Numbered from the stretch's first letter, positions 34,104-61,648 are shown. The stretch is 64,000 nt of DNA from Amoebidium appalachense (GCA_963693365.1 CAVNZM010000004.1:13005088-13069087), one strand, 5' to 3'. Numbers and translations are program-made. The notes: generated from the letters alone by a model not told the origin.

Positions 34104-35673
34104 TTTTCAGCGTTACCAATTACTATTTTATGGAATTATGCTATGATAATAAGATTCAAAGGTGGTTGAGAAAATAAATCTAGGGTGATCCACTGCTGTT
34201 CGCTGAGGCTGAATGTGCCAGACTGATGAGGTCTGGTAGCCCGGCCGCACGTCTTATATATATCCGCGACCAACACATTCTCCCATTTGATTGGTCATTA
34301 TTTGTCCAATCATGATCGTGTTGAGCCTTAAATGCGCATAAATCTAAAAATAGCTTTCCAATCGATTCGGCAATACCGGGATGCATTTTTGTACCGTTTC
34401 ACTTCAGTCTGATGTTTTCTCCATATAGATATTAATAATATAATTCAGATACAAAAAACCAGTATAAATTGAAACGCAGATACTACAATACGTGACTATG
34501 GTGGCCTACACGAAGCAATTTAGAAGCATTTTAGACGTCAAGACCAGCGGTCAACCCCCACTGTCCCACTGTCACTGGACCAGGTGTACTAATTTTAGTC
34601 TGTTAAGGAAATAGGAATGTAAACAAACAATCAAAACAACCAATCAGCATCTAAGATCTTGTCGTCATCCAGGCTTTTGACGTCACTCTGACAGATGCAC
34701 ATTGCACAACAATGCCAGAGTGACTACACACCGTCGGTGGCGCCGCAGGTGAGTGGAACAGCGGAAAAGTAAAAGTAAAAAAAAAAAAAAAAAAAAAAGC
34801 CTATCTACTGTACAGTACCCTCTGCCATGAACAATAGATCAATGACGCACGATTAGCGTGAAAAAATCTCCCTTGGAGTCCTACATGTGCATATGTGTGT
34901 GGCCCGCAAATAATAAATTGTGTTTTTGCATGCGCATCAAAAGGTCACAATTGGTTTGCAGAACATCCGGCGGGGGAAAAGGGAGGGGTAGGGTGGGTGG
35001 GTGGGGGGAGGGGGGGGGGGGGGGAGGGGGGGAGGGGGGGGGGGGGAGGGGGTTATGGGGCAATGAATTTACATACATATGTCGGATTCCGGACACGTCT
35101 GCACAACCCTTTCCCGAATTTCGGTCTTCCTCGTCTTACTCCCTATTTAATATAGATTGGGTAAGTGGCAAGAGGGTAGGAGCAGGGAGAAGGAGGGGTA
35201 AGAGGTGGAAGAGAGTGTGTGTAGATGTGTTTAGCGGGGAGCCTGAGTGGGAGGAGGAGGGGGGAGAAGTTATGGGTCCTATTGAACCATCACCACCACC
35301 ACGGTGACCACCTTATCAACCTTGGGGTTGCTAAAACTAATCAAATGAGAGCACAGAGGAAGCGATGGTGGTGGTGGTGGTGGTGGGGAGGAGGGGGGGG
35401 GGGGGGAGGGGGGGGGGGGACGTGGGGGGAGGGGGGAGGGGGGGGGGGGGGGGGGGGGGGGGGGACGGGAGGGGGTAGGGGGGGAGGGGGGGCATCAGAG
35501 TCGGAAAGAGTGTCATAGAGAGAGCGAAGAAGGGAGAGGGGTGGGGGAATGGGGAGAGAGAGAGCTCGAGAGAACGCGGGAGAGGAGGGGCAGAAAGGAT
35601 TCGAAAGAGAGAGGGGGGACAAATTCGGGGAGAGGGAGGAAGGGGGGAGAGGGATAGAGAGGGAGGGAGGGAG

Positions 35674-36531
<858 letters not shown>

Positions 36532-37296
36532 TTATGGGGGTTTTTTTTCTTTTTTTGGGGGGAGGGGGAGGGGGGAGGGGGGTGACAGAGGAGGGGAGGG
36601 GGGTGGGGAGGGACGGGGGGGAGGGGCGGATGGGACAGAAACATGCGGGTCCGGACGGCCTCGGCTGCATTGTGACAGGCACTGGGCGTGTTGTGTAGAA
36701 AGCCATATGCGGGTGTATACATATTTGCTTCTGTGTACATTCGTGTGAGTGCACATGTGCACCGAAAACGTTCGTGGGTGTTTTTCGCAAATCATTGCGT
36801 AGGATGATGGAACTTCACAGTGAGGCGTGTTTACACTTTGGGGAGTACCCGTCTTCACCCGCCTACCTCTGTGGTGTAAGCAGTGTACATACCAGAGCTG
36901 TCACAGTGTTCTAAAATTTAACAATACAATGGGAAACATATCCATTTTTGATTATGTATGGGAGATAAGTTAAGGTCACGAAACACAACTGAGAAGTCAT
37001 CATACGGTGATGAACATATAAGCCCCACCCCCACCCATCCCGATACGTGAACATGCACGATTATCAAAACTAAACCCTCCCCAAACATAAACAGACGACC
37101 CCCCCTCCCCCCCTCCCCCCCCTCCCCCCCCCCCCCCCCCCCAAGGAAAAAAACCTTTCCCCCCCCCCCCCCCCCCCCCCCCCCCGCCCCCTATAGTACG
37201 TTGACTTGCTAGACCATAGCCTTATCAGCCGAATCCATCAACAGGGTAACCACAGAAGCGCTAGGTGTTGGTGTCGGCTCTGATGCAGGATTATGG

Positions 37297-37858
37297 TTAG
37301 ACCCTGGGTGTAATACTTGTTCCGCCCAAAAATGATGTGCGCTGTGACACCAATGCAGTGGGTGGTGGGGGAATAGTGTATGTGTAGTTTGAGCCGGGCA
37401 CGTGTGAGCAGTTGAGCATGTGGGGGTGGGTCCACGAGGGCAGGTTCATGTCCGCAATGGTCTTGCGGGCGCCCTCCGACAGCGGCCACAGCCAGTCGGC
37501 GGCAAAAAACCGCGTCAGGTCGCGGCCGGTGGCCCGTGAGGAGTGCACGGCCTGCTCGTCAAAGCGGCAGTCCAGGGGGAGGGCCGGCAGGGGCATGGCC
37601 GTCTAGGCCTGCAGCACGGTGCGCACGAGGGTCAAGCCAAAGCCGTCGACCAGCTGCGCATACAGCTCCAGCCCCAGCCACGGCTCCATGGCCCCGTAGC
37701 TGCCGGCACCACACCACGGCCGCAGGATACTGCCCGTGCGGTGCAAAACGCCAAACCGCAGGCCGTCAGTGCGGTTGCGCCGCACATGCCCAAGCAGCGT
37801 CTCCTCCCCGTACAGCGTGAATAGGTTGACGTACCACTCGATGGCTGTGAGGAAGGTT

Positions 37859-37951
<93 letters not shown>

Positions 37952-38007
37952 CTATGTACGCGTGTATTAGGGTGGGAGGGGGGAGGGGGCTTTTTTTTTG
38001 GTGGGGG

Positions 38008-38059
<52 letters not shown>

Positions 38060-38700
38060 GTATGGGAGGTGGGAGAATTTGTAAGATTGTGAGAGCTCAA
38101 TCAAGGTAGCTACTACGTCATTCAATGGTTTTTTTTTGCCCTATATGTGCATCGATTCCGAGCACAACCATGGCTTCGGGCGGCAGCAAAAGCCCGACCA
38201 AGTCTTCATATGCTGTGAGTCTTATAAGGAGTTCTGGAGAGGGGTGTGGTGTAGTGGTGGTGTGTGTGTGTGTGTGTGTGTGTGACTGTGTGTGTGTTGG
38301 GCGGTGGGTAAGGGGAGGGGAGGGGAGGGATATAGAGAATGGGAGGTGGGTGGGGGGGCTGGGGGGGGAGATGGGGAGGGGGGGGCTTAATACTATCCTT
38401 GACGACGAAATTCTCCATTTGCCACGTGTGGCCCACCTCGTGCAGTGACCCCCACGTGGGTTCTGTGGTGACGTCATCGATATATCAATGCGCACATACG
38501 ACCACCTGCCCGCCGCATTCCTCCGCACGTTTCGAGTCTGCACGTCCAGAATGTTCCGCAGCATCGGATTGGTCGACGGCGGCACGCCCTGCCACATGGG
38601 GCCGACTATTGGGTAGCCTTAGAATGGGGCCGTCGACTTTCCGATTGGCTGTCCGAACATCACAGACGTCACAGGTGACAGATGGCAACGCGCATAACGC
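37297..38700 (-). pseudogene. Decayed peptidase M60-like / TCAF-family zinc metallopeptidase (C-terminal part)
   Basis: WGSLHEVGH (38428-38442) is spliced in phase (donor at 38393, acceptor at 37845) to TIEWYVNLFT...LELYAQLVDGFG...GRDLTRFF..W.WPLS...LPSW. In-frame TAG at 37603-37605, TGA at 38485-38487, and a frameshifted HS-GYPIV remnant near 38605-38630. Confidence 0.75.
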
Positions 38701-39285
38701 ACACAGCTCCGTCTCCACATCTTCGACGGAAACGTCACTCCATGGCACACTGAGAAGGTGTCGTGCTATCCATTGCATAGACCAGCACATAGCTAACAAA
38801 GCCAAGCCGCGGGATCGTGTAGTGATTCTATTACTCATTCTAGGCCTAATCGATACTGTAGGCCCGCACCGGATGCCTGTCACGGTGAGGGAGCCTCTCC
38901 GACGGCCCACTCGACGTTTGCATGCGGGTTCATGCATGCCTGAACAATGCGTACACATTGCCGCAGCTATCATTAGACCTACTATGCACATTCATACGTA
39001 GGGCCCAGGGAAGGGGGACGGGACTTCGTGCTGTTGACACACATGTAGGGTTGTAATCAGGTGTCGGCACCAAGGTTAATAAACGCCCAACCAGGCACAT
39101 TGCTAGCTGGGCCACGACATGAGACATGTGCCCCCCTCTCTCTCTCTCCCCCCCCCCCCCCCCCCCCCCCCACCCCACCCCACCCTTCGAGCCCCCGCCT
39201 CCGGCCCTCTAATAGTAGATTTTCACCACCCAGGTCTCCCAAGATCCCGATTCAATGTGATGTTGTTACTTTGGAACCCCAGTAT

Positions 39286-39570
39286 TTATGATTTGGGCTG
39301 GCACAGAGGGGGGATCGAGGGGGGGAGGGGGGAGGGGAGGGGGAAGGGAGGGGGGGGGGAGGGGGGGGAGGGGGCCCGGGGCCGGGAGGGGAGGGGGAGG
39401 TCAGGGGAGGGGATGGGAGGAGGAGGGGGGAGGGTGTTGGTCATTGTGTTCATAGAAGCTAGTTCTAGTGCACGTTGTTCCTTCTGTAAGTCAGAAATGA
39501 TTGCATCTTGTGAGGCCAACCTCTGCTCCAGTAGTTGGACTAGTTGCTGCAACTGTAAGTTGTCAGACAT
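39286..39570 (-). other. Short coiled-coil ORF, possibly a retroelement ORF1/gag N-terminal fragment
   Basis: MSDNLQLQQLVQLLEQRLASQDAIISDLQKEQRALE has a heptad pattern and lies next to the RT on the same strand. No recognisable motif. Confidence 0.25.
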
Positions 39571-40168
39571 AGTGTCGTGTATGATGGGTAACTAGTCTAT
39601 GTGTTTTGTGCACTGAAAACGACAGTAGAAAAGTGTAAATCAAACGTTCTGCTTCCCATGTTTGTGACATGGGAGGCACAGTCTGCTTTATATAGTCGTT
39701 GGCCACCTCATGGTGGCCTCCTGTGCACCCTGGTGGTGGGCCATGTACAGCATGGCCGAAAAGAGAGCACAATGAAAACAAGTCGTTAAAGATATAAAAG
39801 TTAACTGTGCACGTTGAGTGGCTAGTTAACTTGCACTAAAGCACACAATTAAACGTGTTTAACACACCAATTGCAGTTAAACGTAAATCTTACTTCACAC
39901 AACTAAAAATATTCTGAGAATATCCGGGAATAAAGCACACTACACACTACCACTCTAAGAATAGAATCCTGTGGCAAATATAGACATGACATCATCTGAA
40001 CCGGGAATATTAATTAATGAGCACAATTAGCACGTTGCTAGTGAAGCTCGTCATTGGTACAGTTTTGGCTCAAACATATAACTACCATATATGAATATGA
40101 CCGTAAACAAAAGCTCTATGCACTCGAGTGAGTGTTGAAACAATTATTCAATTGCTCAGAAACTTTCT

Positions 40169-41137
40169 CTAACAGACATTGCTAGCCGGGAGTACCAGTG
40201 TACTCCAACAGGGAGGGGGGGAAAAGAAAGCATAAAGAGGGTGACCATCAGGTATCCTAACTAAATGAAAACAAAAACGAAGAGACAATTCCTCCATACG
40301 ACAAACAGCAGACGACAATCCAAACATACTGAATAAGGGAGGCACAAACCGAGTACGAAACAAAGTGCGCATCGCAGTACCCTGAAAATCATCGAACTCT
40401 TGCGGAAGTCCATATTCGAAAGTCGGCCGTAAAAAAGTTTTATAGTAGAGAAGAAGGTTCGCAGGATGGATCACAGACTCCCGTTGAAACATATTTGACA
40501 CAATGTGAAGCTTACCCTTCGCACGAGCGATCCGTGCCGTGAGGAGCTTGCGGAAATCAATACCCCGTGCAGTAAAAGGAATACCCAAATAGTCATAGGT
40601 GCTCTGAACAGGAATAGGAAGACCGGCCAATCGAAAGGAAGCGTTTTTCGAAAAAGTAGCACACTTTGCAATTCCGACTGTCATGAGATCTAGATTCGAA
40701 TTCTCGGTGCACCATTGATCCACCTGACGAAGCATCTGGTGCATGACATCTTCGGTTAAGGAACAAAGAACAATATCGTCCGCAAAAAGGAGACCCGGTA
40801 CACGGCGGGTATGCAGTTGGCCAAAGGGTTCGAGGGCGCAGGCCAAATCGTCAATGAAAGCGTCAAACAACAACGGACTCAGGAGGGACCCCTGCAGAAG
40901 ACCCCGAGAACGGGAAAAACCGGGTGTTAATGTTCCATTGACCGCCGCTCGTCCGCGAGTGTTATCGAACAACGCTTGCAGAAGACGGCCAAAGGGGGCT
41001 GGTAAGCCCCGCATAGCCAGCTTATGCCATAACAAACCAGTGGGTACGGTGTCGTAGGCGTTCTTAAGGTCGATGAAGACAACGTGCGGAGAGCCAGAAG
41101 TAAAATTTCGAATTCCAGAACCAGCCGAAAATTCCAT
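40169..41137 (-). mobile_element. 5'-truncated non-LTR retrotransposon (LINE) reverse transcriptase
   Basis: RT motifs FIDLKNAYDTV, GLLQGSLLSPLLF, LLFADDIVL, YDYLGI and LLYYKTFLRPTFEYG. No endonuclease or early RT subdomains upstream. Confidence 0.9.
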
Positions 41138-41858
41138 GAAGGTACAATTAATTAAGTTTGTTAAAAGCCAAGCGCTCGTTGGTTACTTATCACGCAAACG
41201 CATTCCAGTGCTGGCATTTATTTTTGCATTCCATTGAGGGTTCTCAGGCTCCAAGGGCCTCCATAGTAGTCTTACCCGACCCCCTACTGACGTCACACCC
41301 CACAAGGATCGCAAAGCTTCAGACTTCGAGAGGGCTTCCGCCCCAATCTACACAATCCGCTCAGTCACGATGCGCTCAGGCACAAACACAACTACAAATA
41401 AAAGACGAACCGACAGGCATGTTGCTTCAGTTCTATCCACAACCTTATTCCGTGCTCTGAGTTCCATACCCAACCAAACTCTCTCTTCTTCTCTCTCTTC
41501 TTCCCACACTCCAACGATTTCAACATCGCACACGCGCGAGCCACGAGCGAGTCCGAATGGCTCAACATGTTCACTGCATACTATTGAAGTCGGTCAACCT
41601 TGAGGCTGTATCACGGCCATCTAGAAACACCAGATGGCCGTGGGCTGTATGAACCCTCTGAGTCTGTGTAACTAGCACACAGGCGTCATTGCCATTCGAG
41701 CCCTTGCTGTCTAATAACGATTCTTGTTCACTGGGCCCGGCCCCCCGTGGAACCGCGGCGGCCCGACGTGGCCACCAGTGAGAGCCTGTCACCGTGCACA
41801 CACCAGTTGCAGGCCCGTGCGCGGAGCCGCTGTGGCCTGATCCTGCTCCCCGCCCGCG

Positions 41859-41920
<62 letters not shown>

Positions 41921-42074
41921 CCTCCCCCCCCCCCCCCCCTCCCCCCCCCCCCCCCCCCCCCCCCCTTCCCCCTCCACCCTCCACCCTTCTCCCCCCCCCC
42001 CCCTCACCCCCCCCCCCTCCCTCCCCCCCCTCCCCCCCCCCCCCTCCCCCTTCCCCCTCCACCCTCCACCCTTC

Positions 42075-42106
<32 letters not shown>

Positions 42107-42485
42107 CGGCCCCCGTACAAATGGCAGGGCCACACCGCGGCCTCACGCCGTGACGTCATTTGGATGCCTAATTTGGCAAATACACGAAAGCAAGAATCTC
42201 GAACTGGGATTGGTGCAGCCAGGAGCCAATTTACGACCCACCAATCACAATCCCGACTGTCAGAGACAATGTTTGAGCGGTAACTCTACAATAGTCCAAG
42301 GCTCGACGAAAAGAGAAAAGAGGAAAAGAGCACGCACATACACCTCGAGAGAGTGCTTATGTGGTTGGTATCATATATGCATGTGTAGGAAACTGGCAGG
42401 CGAGCAAAGCAGTTAACCGAGGGTGAGACAAAGACAAAAGGACGTCAACAAGGTTGCTGGGCCTTTATAGGGTCACACTTGCACC

Positions 42486-54729
<12,244 letters not shown>

Positions 54730-54792
54730 CACACACGTCCTGCCTGCTACTACAAACCTTTCATGTTTTCGCAGGTCGTCCTCCCTCCCCCC

Positions 54793-54825
<33 letters not shown>

Positions 54826-55582
54826 CACACATACACACACACACATGCACGCACGCGGAGCTGAAAACAAAAGGTATGGCTTGGTAAATAAGTGACCCTC
54901 CTTTTCTCTCTCTTGTCTGTAAATACAGACACCTGTTGGCTTATTTGAATTCGTTTGTTGCCAATCGTAGAGGTACGATGGCGTAGATAGGTACTGATTC
55001 AATGGCTAAGTGTGGCCGTTATCTTTGATAATAATTGATGCAGTTTAACGGATGTTGTTAGGCTCTCTGCGGGCAATGACGCGTATACTTGAAACATTGA
55101 ATTTTGTGGGTGATATGTATATGAGATCGGTATCGGCTTGACGAGAAAAGTGTAGGAATGAAGGAAGCTTTTGATTTCAAAAATTCAAAGAAGCTGATTT
55201 ATATGAAATGGTCATTTGCATGGTCGTGTTTGTGCTTTAAAATTTTCAGAATCAGATATTTGCTTCTTGCTTTGGCTATTGATCGATTCTGAGGCTTGAA
55301 GTTTAGGTACCGCCAGTGTTGCAGGCTGTAACTTTCGGCATTATTAGGTTTTTACGTTAAAACATTCCGGAACTATACTGTCATGTATCGCCAAATGTAG
55401 TTTTATAGACCACATAGTACCGCAACACACACACGTCACATTCACAACAGACACCCAGAAAGATAGCCTACCTGTAAATTACAACATCCTTGATTTTATA
55501 CTAAACACGCGTAACTACGACCTGTTTATTAGATGTATTGATTGGCTTGAGAAACACATCACTACAAAATTCTAAGCGCACG

Positions 55583-55661
<79 letters not shown>

Positions 55662-55691
55662 CCAGCTGACACCGAGTGTCCCAGGGGAGCC

Positions 55692-55724
<33 letters not shown>

Positions 55725-56712
55725 GGGGAACCCCAACTAATTGATTTCTCTTAGTCTTTATGGTGTCTCGTAGAGAAAGTAAACCCTGATATATAGTCAT
55801 CACCCGACATCTATGTACGTGATCATGATATACCGCTGTGGGGATATTCCGAGCAAAAACCCCCCATACCTGAGACTGGTTTCTCTTTGCCTCGAGTAAA
55901 CAGCGTAAACCCCATACTGTCATGGGCGCCGCCTTCCACGTAAGAATTTCCACATCTGTTAGTGACGTAGAACGAGGCGGAGATCTATCACGCTGTTAGC
56001 AACAGGCTCAATGTACTTAGTGTTCCAAGGGTGATGATGATGGTGTATTCTGCTTACTTTGGACACAGATTGTTAAATTCGAAGAGTATTCCTATCATTT
56101 TACCAAACAGTAATTGAACGGTATGGGGCTTGAAAATAAATCACTGTCTGCACACGTGCATGTGTGTTTTAAAGTTATCAGTGGATCTGCCCAACTATTA
56201 TTCAAAGTGCCCTGTGCATGAGGTTACTGCAACTTCGTCACTCATCTTCACGCTATTGTGAAGTTACATAATTAAGACCCTAAATCACGGTAAAACCAGT
56301 AAAGTCTTTGACATTTGAAGTGATACAAAGAGGCCCTGTGTTAGATGTTGCTGCCTCAAGACACACCGATGCATCGGACTAGTGTGGCAGGGCACAACTT
56401 GCACGAAAACAACACCAAAAAAAGTTGAAGAGTACAGATTGCAAAGATTGGAAGTGTTATTATGGTGTGTGATATATCCCTACGTTCCCTTCCGAATCCA
56501 GATGGATCCATCCATCATATAGCATGCAGTTTTGGCCATCATTTGTTTGTTTCTTTTTGTTCTCCTTCACTATCACGGAACTTCGTGTTAACACTCCGAT
56601 GTACATTTACATGACATTGTATGATCATATACCCCCCCCCCCCCCCCCCAAAAAAAAAAAAAAAAAAAAAAAAACGATAACACACAACACTTCAAGACAC
56701 GCATAAACAACG

Positions 56713-56812
<100 letters not shown>

Positions 56813-58805
56813 GTGCACACAAGTGCACGCACACACACAAACACACATGACACACACGCACAAACACACACACACACACATGCACGCACACACACACAGC
56901 AACACCACCATGGCGTCTTTTCTAACGCATGTATGTACATGGAAGCACACACACCTACGCACACATCGGACACCATGGCCACAACGTCTAATATTCCATT
57001 TCAAATTCGAATTCATGATCAAACTGCAATAGCACGGGGAACCTAGTGTACCATCATCACTTTCATGGCGCGGGCATGACACGTGCAAGTGGGTACCAGG
57101 CGTGTGGCCCGGGTGACCGGTGGGAAGGTGGGCGGATCACAGCGGCTAGGGGGGGGGGGGGGGGGGGCGGCCCGGGGAGGAGGGGAGGGGAGCGGGGGGG
57201 GAAGGCTGGGGGTGAATTTTTTTGTTAACTAAACTACTGAAGAGACCCTCCCCTCCCCCCCCCCCTCCCCCCCCCCCCCCCCCCCCCCTCCCCCCCTCCC
57301 CCCTCCCCCCTCGAGCTCCCTCCCCACCTTTCCTCCCGGGAACACACACACAACTCATTGAACACGGGCACGTACACAAAAACTCAATCGCACACATGCA
57401 CGCACTTGTAATACACGCACTGCACACACACACAACACCTTCTCCTCCACCTCCTCCGGCCTCCTCCTTCACCTCCTCCCCCGCTCCGTACTCCGTAGGG
57501 GACGCACACACTCTTTCCCCTTGTAAAACACCATAAGGTGCTAAATTATCTAATACTGACAAATAAGATTGCTTAGTATGGCTTTCTGTGGCGTCGGTAA
57601 CGTGATTCAGCCATGGATGCAGGCAGGATGATTACTCGGAGCCTTGGAGCCTCGGAGGTCGGCCTGATGAATGGGCCTGATCATCTTGACGGGGGGAATT
57701 CCAGGGAGCCAATCGAAAGCCTTCGGGATTCGGGAATCGGGATTTATTTAGCCGTCATAGCTGCGCGCCAATCTACAAAGGCCTACTGCAATTAACTAAT
57801 TGCACACTTCAATTCATGTTGTGTGTTTGGTAGACATCTGCAGGATGTATTTATTATTTTTACTTGATCGTCAAAAACCCACGCTGAACGAGGTGTAGCC
57901 GGAGTCCTGCCGGCCGATGTGTTCAAATAGATAATGTGTGTTGATTGGATGAATATAAAAGCCTGAGTTACCTAATCTGGTTAGCAGCATTGACTGATTG
58001 GATATGGATAAAGCAGTGTAAATTTCTAAGTCTAGATCGGTTTCCTGGTTTCCGCGGCATGGTATATGTTGCCCTGAGAAAGAAACAGAAAACTTTCATT
58101 GTTTAGTCCAAATATTGGTTGATACTGATCATCTATATGCTCTATTGGCCACCTTTTCCCCATCATGCCCGGGCATGCTTTATGCCTGTGTGTTCTGTTG
58201 GACAGAACCTGGCCCGTGCAATGCATATAAATTGTGAACAATTGCAAGGAATTGCATATGCAGGATGATGAAATGATTATACATCACCAATAAACTAGTG
58301 CTGTACGACAAAAGAACCTCTAAAACACTCATAAATTTTTTGATTGTACTAATAATAAATATCAGCTACAGCATTATAGTCCGTCAATGCAATGGGAGCG
58401 TGATGTAAACGAAACCCCCATAGTTCCCCTGAGCTGTTTGCCTTGGCTAGTCACAAATTTGCTCCTTCTTCTAGATGCACCAATCATAATCAGGCAAAGC
58501 GGCAAAGCTGCACCAGATGACCCCGACGAGCAGAACCAGAAAGTCTCAGTATCCCAAACAGATCATTTTCGAACTGACTCGGCCCCACTTTTTGGTTACT
58601 TTTGCAGTAGCAGAACGGATACAGTGTGCGGACATTGTGTGAACGTTTGTCATAACGCCGTGGAAATAACATTAGTCTCACAGTAGGTCTAGAGGCACAG
58701 CATTAGCTAGCCTAGCTTGACAGGTTTCAGGGCTTGGTTCGATCATTGCTGCATTTACATTAGTATTAGTGCATATTGTCAAACATCGTGGGTCACTTTG
58801 TAAAC

Positions 58806-60131
58806 ATGGCCCCGAACAGTAATAGAGACGAGGATGCCTCCAGTTCGGGCAAAGTCCGCACAGACCCATTCTCTAAGAAATCCTTTCGTCGACCAAGTCT
58901 CCGCCTCCTCACCAAAACCATCGAAGCTGCACGCAGTGCAATGCCCACCGGCCCTTCGGGTTCCGGTAGCTCCCACGGTGGGAAGTCGTATAACAACACG
59001 AGCAACACGAGTGCGTCTGGGCGGTCACAGGATGACCCGTTCAGTGCATATGACGACCCTTCCAGCCCCGGCATGGGCAGTGCGCCAGTGCATGGGGGGG
59101 TGTATTCCCCGCTCGTCATACACAAGGAGTTAACGTCGGCATCCGCAGAGTCGGCCCCGGCAGACAATCTCGGTGCACGGCGTGTGAACACAAATTTATC
59201 TTCGTCGTTTGAACCGTCCATGCGTGCACGCAGATTCTCTAGTTTGCCTGTTTCTTTTGGCGCTGCTAAGAAAGATGCGTCTGCATTCAAGACGGAGACC
59301 AAAAGCAGTTCGCCGAAGACGCGCAGACCACTTCGGGTGATGCCCTCGACCCTTCCCCTCGACCCCAAACGGGACTGGTTCTTTTGCATCCCCGTTCTGC
59401 GGCAGCATGCGGATGACAGCAGCAAGTACTGTCGTGTGGGTGTGACGCTTTTGCACTGCCGTGGGCCGTGGCCCCTTCGCCAGATCAACATCAGCCAGAA
59501 CAAACCCGCCGAGTGCATTGCCGCACGCACCCGTGAGGATGCCATGAAAATGGTCGGTTTTGGCACCCGGGAACTTGCCCGCTACCGCCAGCTGGCCATG
59601 AGCCGGTGGGATTTCGAGCAAGTGTGGGACGCATATGCAAACCCTGGTGGCCGTGATGTGTCCCTGGCCAGTCTGTTCCGACTCGATACATCGGGTGGTT
59701 ACTACGGAAGAGAACCCGGCCCCCAGCCCGTGCCACAATATAACTACGACACGGTCTACGAGAATGCGGACGGTGACAGCAAGTACGGGTCGGCCACGTC
59801 CGTCCAGATCGATGAGGTCCAACCCTCTGGCAGTGTGACCATTGAGATGGAGCCTATGCAGGGTGACCCGGCCCCAGCCACCCCAAGTGACAGGGGGGAT
59901 GATGCAACCCATGTTCCCGTGGTCATCAAAGACGGGTCCATTTTAGTGTTGCCCGATGACACCCCCATGAAGGCGTGGAAACGTTTGGACCGCCACCTGC
60001 TAACGGCCATGACCCGTACCCTCGACCCGGAGTTTGCAGAGCAATTGGCCGGCAGCAGCAACCGGAGGCCATCACCTGTTGCTCAAAAGAACAGCACACC
60101 AATGACACCAGAGCCTTTGGCAGCCTGCTGA
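58806..60131 (+). CDS. Intronless hypothetical protein (~441 aa), S/P-rich termini around a central folded-looking region
   Basis: 1.3-kb ORF free of the simple repeats that fill flanking DNA, with coding-like composition. The first ATG is at 58806. No family recognised. Confidence 0.7.
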   Translation: MAPNSNRDEDASSSGKVRTDPFSKKSFRRPSLRLLTKTIEAARSAMPTGPSGSGSSHGGKSYNNTSNTSASGRSQDDPFSAYDDPSSPGMGSAPVHGGVYSPLVIHKELTSASAESAPADNLGARRVNTNLSSSFEPSMRARRFSSLPVSFGAAKKDASAFKTETKSSSPKTRRPLRVMPSTLPLDPKRDWFFCIPVLRQHADDSSKYCRVGVTLLHCRGPWPLRQINISQNKPAECIAARTREDAMKMVGFGTRELARYRQLAMSRWDFEQVWDAYANPGGRDVSLASLFRLDTSGGYYGREPGPQPVPQYNYDTVYENADGDSKYGSATSVQIDEVQPSGSVTIEMEPMQGDPAPATPSDRGDDATHVPVVIKDGSILVLPDDTPMKAWKRLDRHLLTAMTRTLDPEFAEQLAGSSNRRPSPVAQKNSTPMTPEPLAAC

Positions 60132-60383
60132 TGTGGACTGAAATACGTCAGCCCCACTCCCCACCCCCACCCCCACCCCCTCCCCCTCCCACCCAAACAG
60201 TGTCTGTCGCACCGGACACAAAATGGGTCACAAAATGTCGCACATATCCACATCAACCTACACATCTAGGTTTGTCCATGCGTGCCCACATACACACGCT
60301 AAACACACACAGTGTCAAACTCACACACGCACGTCTCACATGCACGCGCGCGCGCGCGTGCTTGCGCGCGCGCGCGCGCGCGA

Positions 60384-60485
<102 letters not shown>

Positions 60486-61342
60486 CTGACATAGCTCGGT
60501 TATAAAACACATGCATTTATAATTCATGTTGTATGAAATGTCTTTCACCCGGTTTAGGTATAATAGCATTCACGAAATATTTAGTTTCCGAATTAGTGGC
60601 CAAACTTAAATTGATTGTAAAATGGCGCGTCTAGAAGATCAGCCGGAAGCATTTGCATAGTGGTAGTAAATGTACATGTTATTGCTTGTTAAAGTTTTGG
60701 TGCTGTTGCTTTGATCTGTTCAAATGGTCTGTGTCCGTAAACTTTAGATGTACTTCCATTATAGACATATGTATGAGGTGGCAAACACTTGGTCACTCGG
60801 ATTCTTTTAGTTTGTTGTCGTGCATTCCTGGTTTGTGCAGTATGATTGCCAACGGTAGAATCTATAGTAATACTATCCATGATCTAGGACCTAGGACTCT
60901 TGCACTTTCTGGCCCAAGTTCCGCTGTGCGGCTTGGTAAGATTCGTCGTTGGTGGCAAATATACCAGATTGTGTGGTTCTATTGTTGTGATACTTCAACA
61001 TGTTACGGAAGCAACAGTATCCATGGGGGATACTGTATGGCTGATTTGAATGCCTAACACAACCACCCAGACCCCCCCCCCCCCCCCCCCCCCCCCCATC
61101 CCTCCCCCCTCCCTCCCTCCCTCCCCTCCTCCACCCCCATCCCCCAAACATACGTATACACGCCACACACAGACACACACATGTACACACAAACACACAC
61201 GCGCGCGCGCACACACACACACACAGTCCGGACTGCCTCCAGCACACACCTTCAGACACACGCACACACCCTGGATTCACTGCTTCCTCTGCTCTTGACT
61301 CCAGATTGTGCTCTCGTTCTCGATGGCCTCTCAAGCAGCCCC

Positions 61343-61378
<36 letters not shown>

Positions 61379-61615
61379 CCCCGCCAAACACACACACACA
61401 AAAAAAATAAAAATAAAAATAAAAATAAAAAAAAAGGTTATGCCACACAGCCCCACCACAACCACCCGCACCACCACCACCACCTTATCGCAGCACATCC
61501 ACCACATTGCAGGCACAGGCACATGCCAGGGTGGTTCACTTGTGAGATGAACAGGTAAATGGATGGAATAGAGGTTCTTGCACTGTTAAGACCAGGTTTC
61601 GATACCTCCCCTACT

Positions 61616-61648
<33 letters not shown>

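Noticed and set aside
38339-39001. 220-aa plus-strand ORF and 168-aa minus-strand ORF
   Set aside because: No motifs. They are best explained as shadow frames over the decayed M60-like gene.
57620-57740. CTGATGA...GAAA hammerhead- or snoRNA-like segment
   Set aside because: The required closing pairs of stems II and III do not form, it is single copy, and there is no covariation support.
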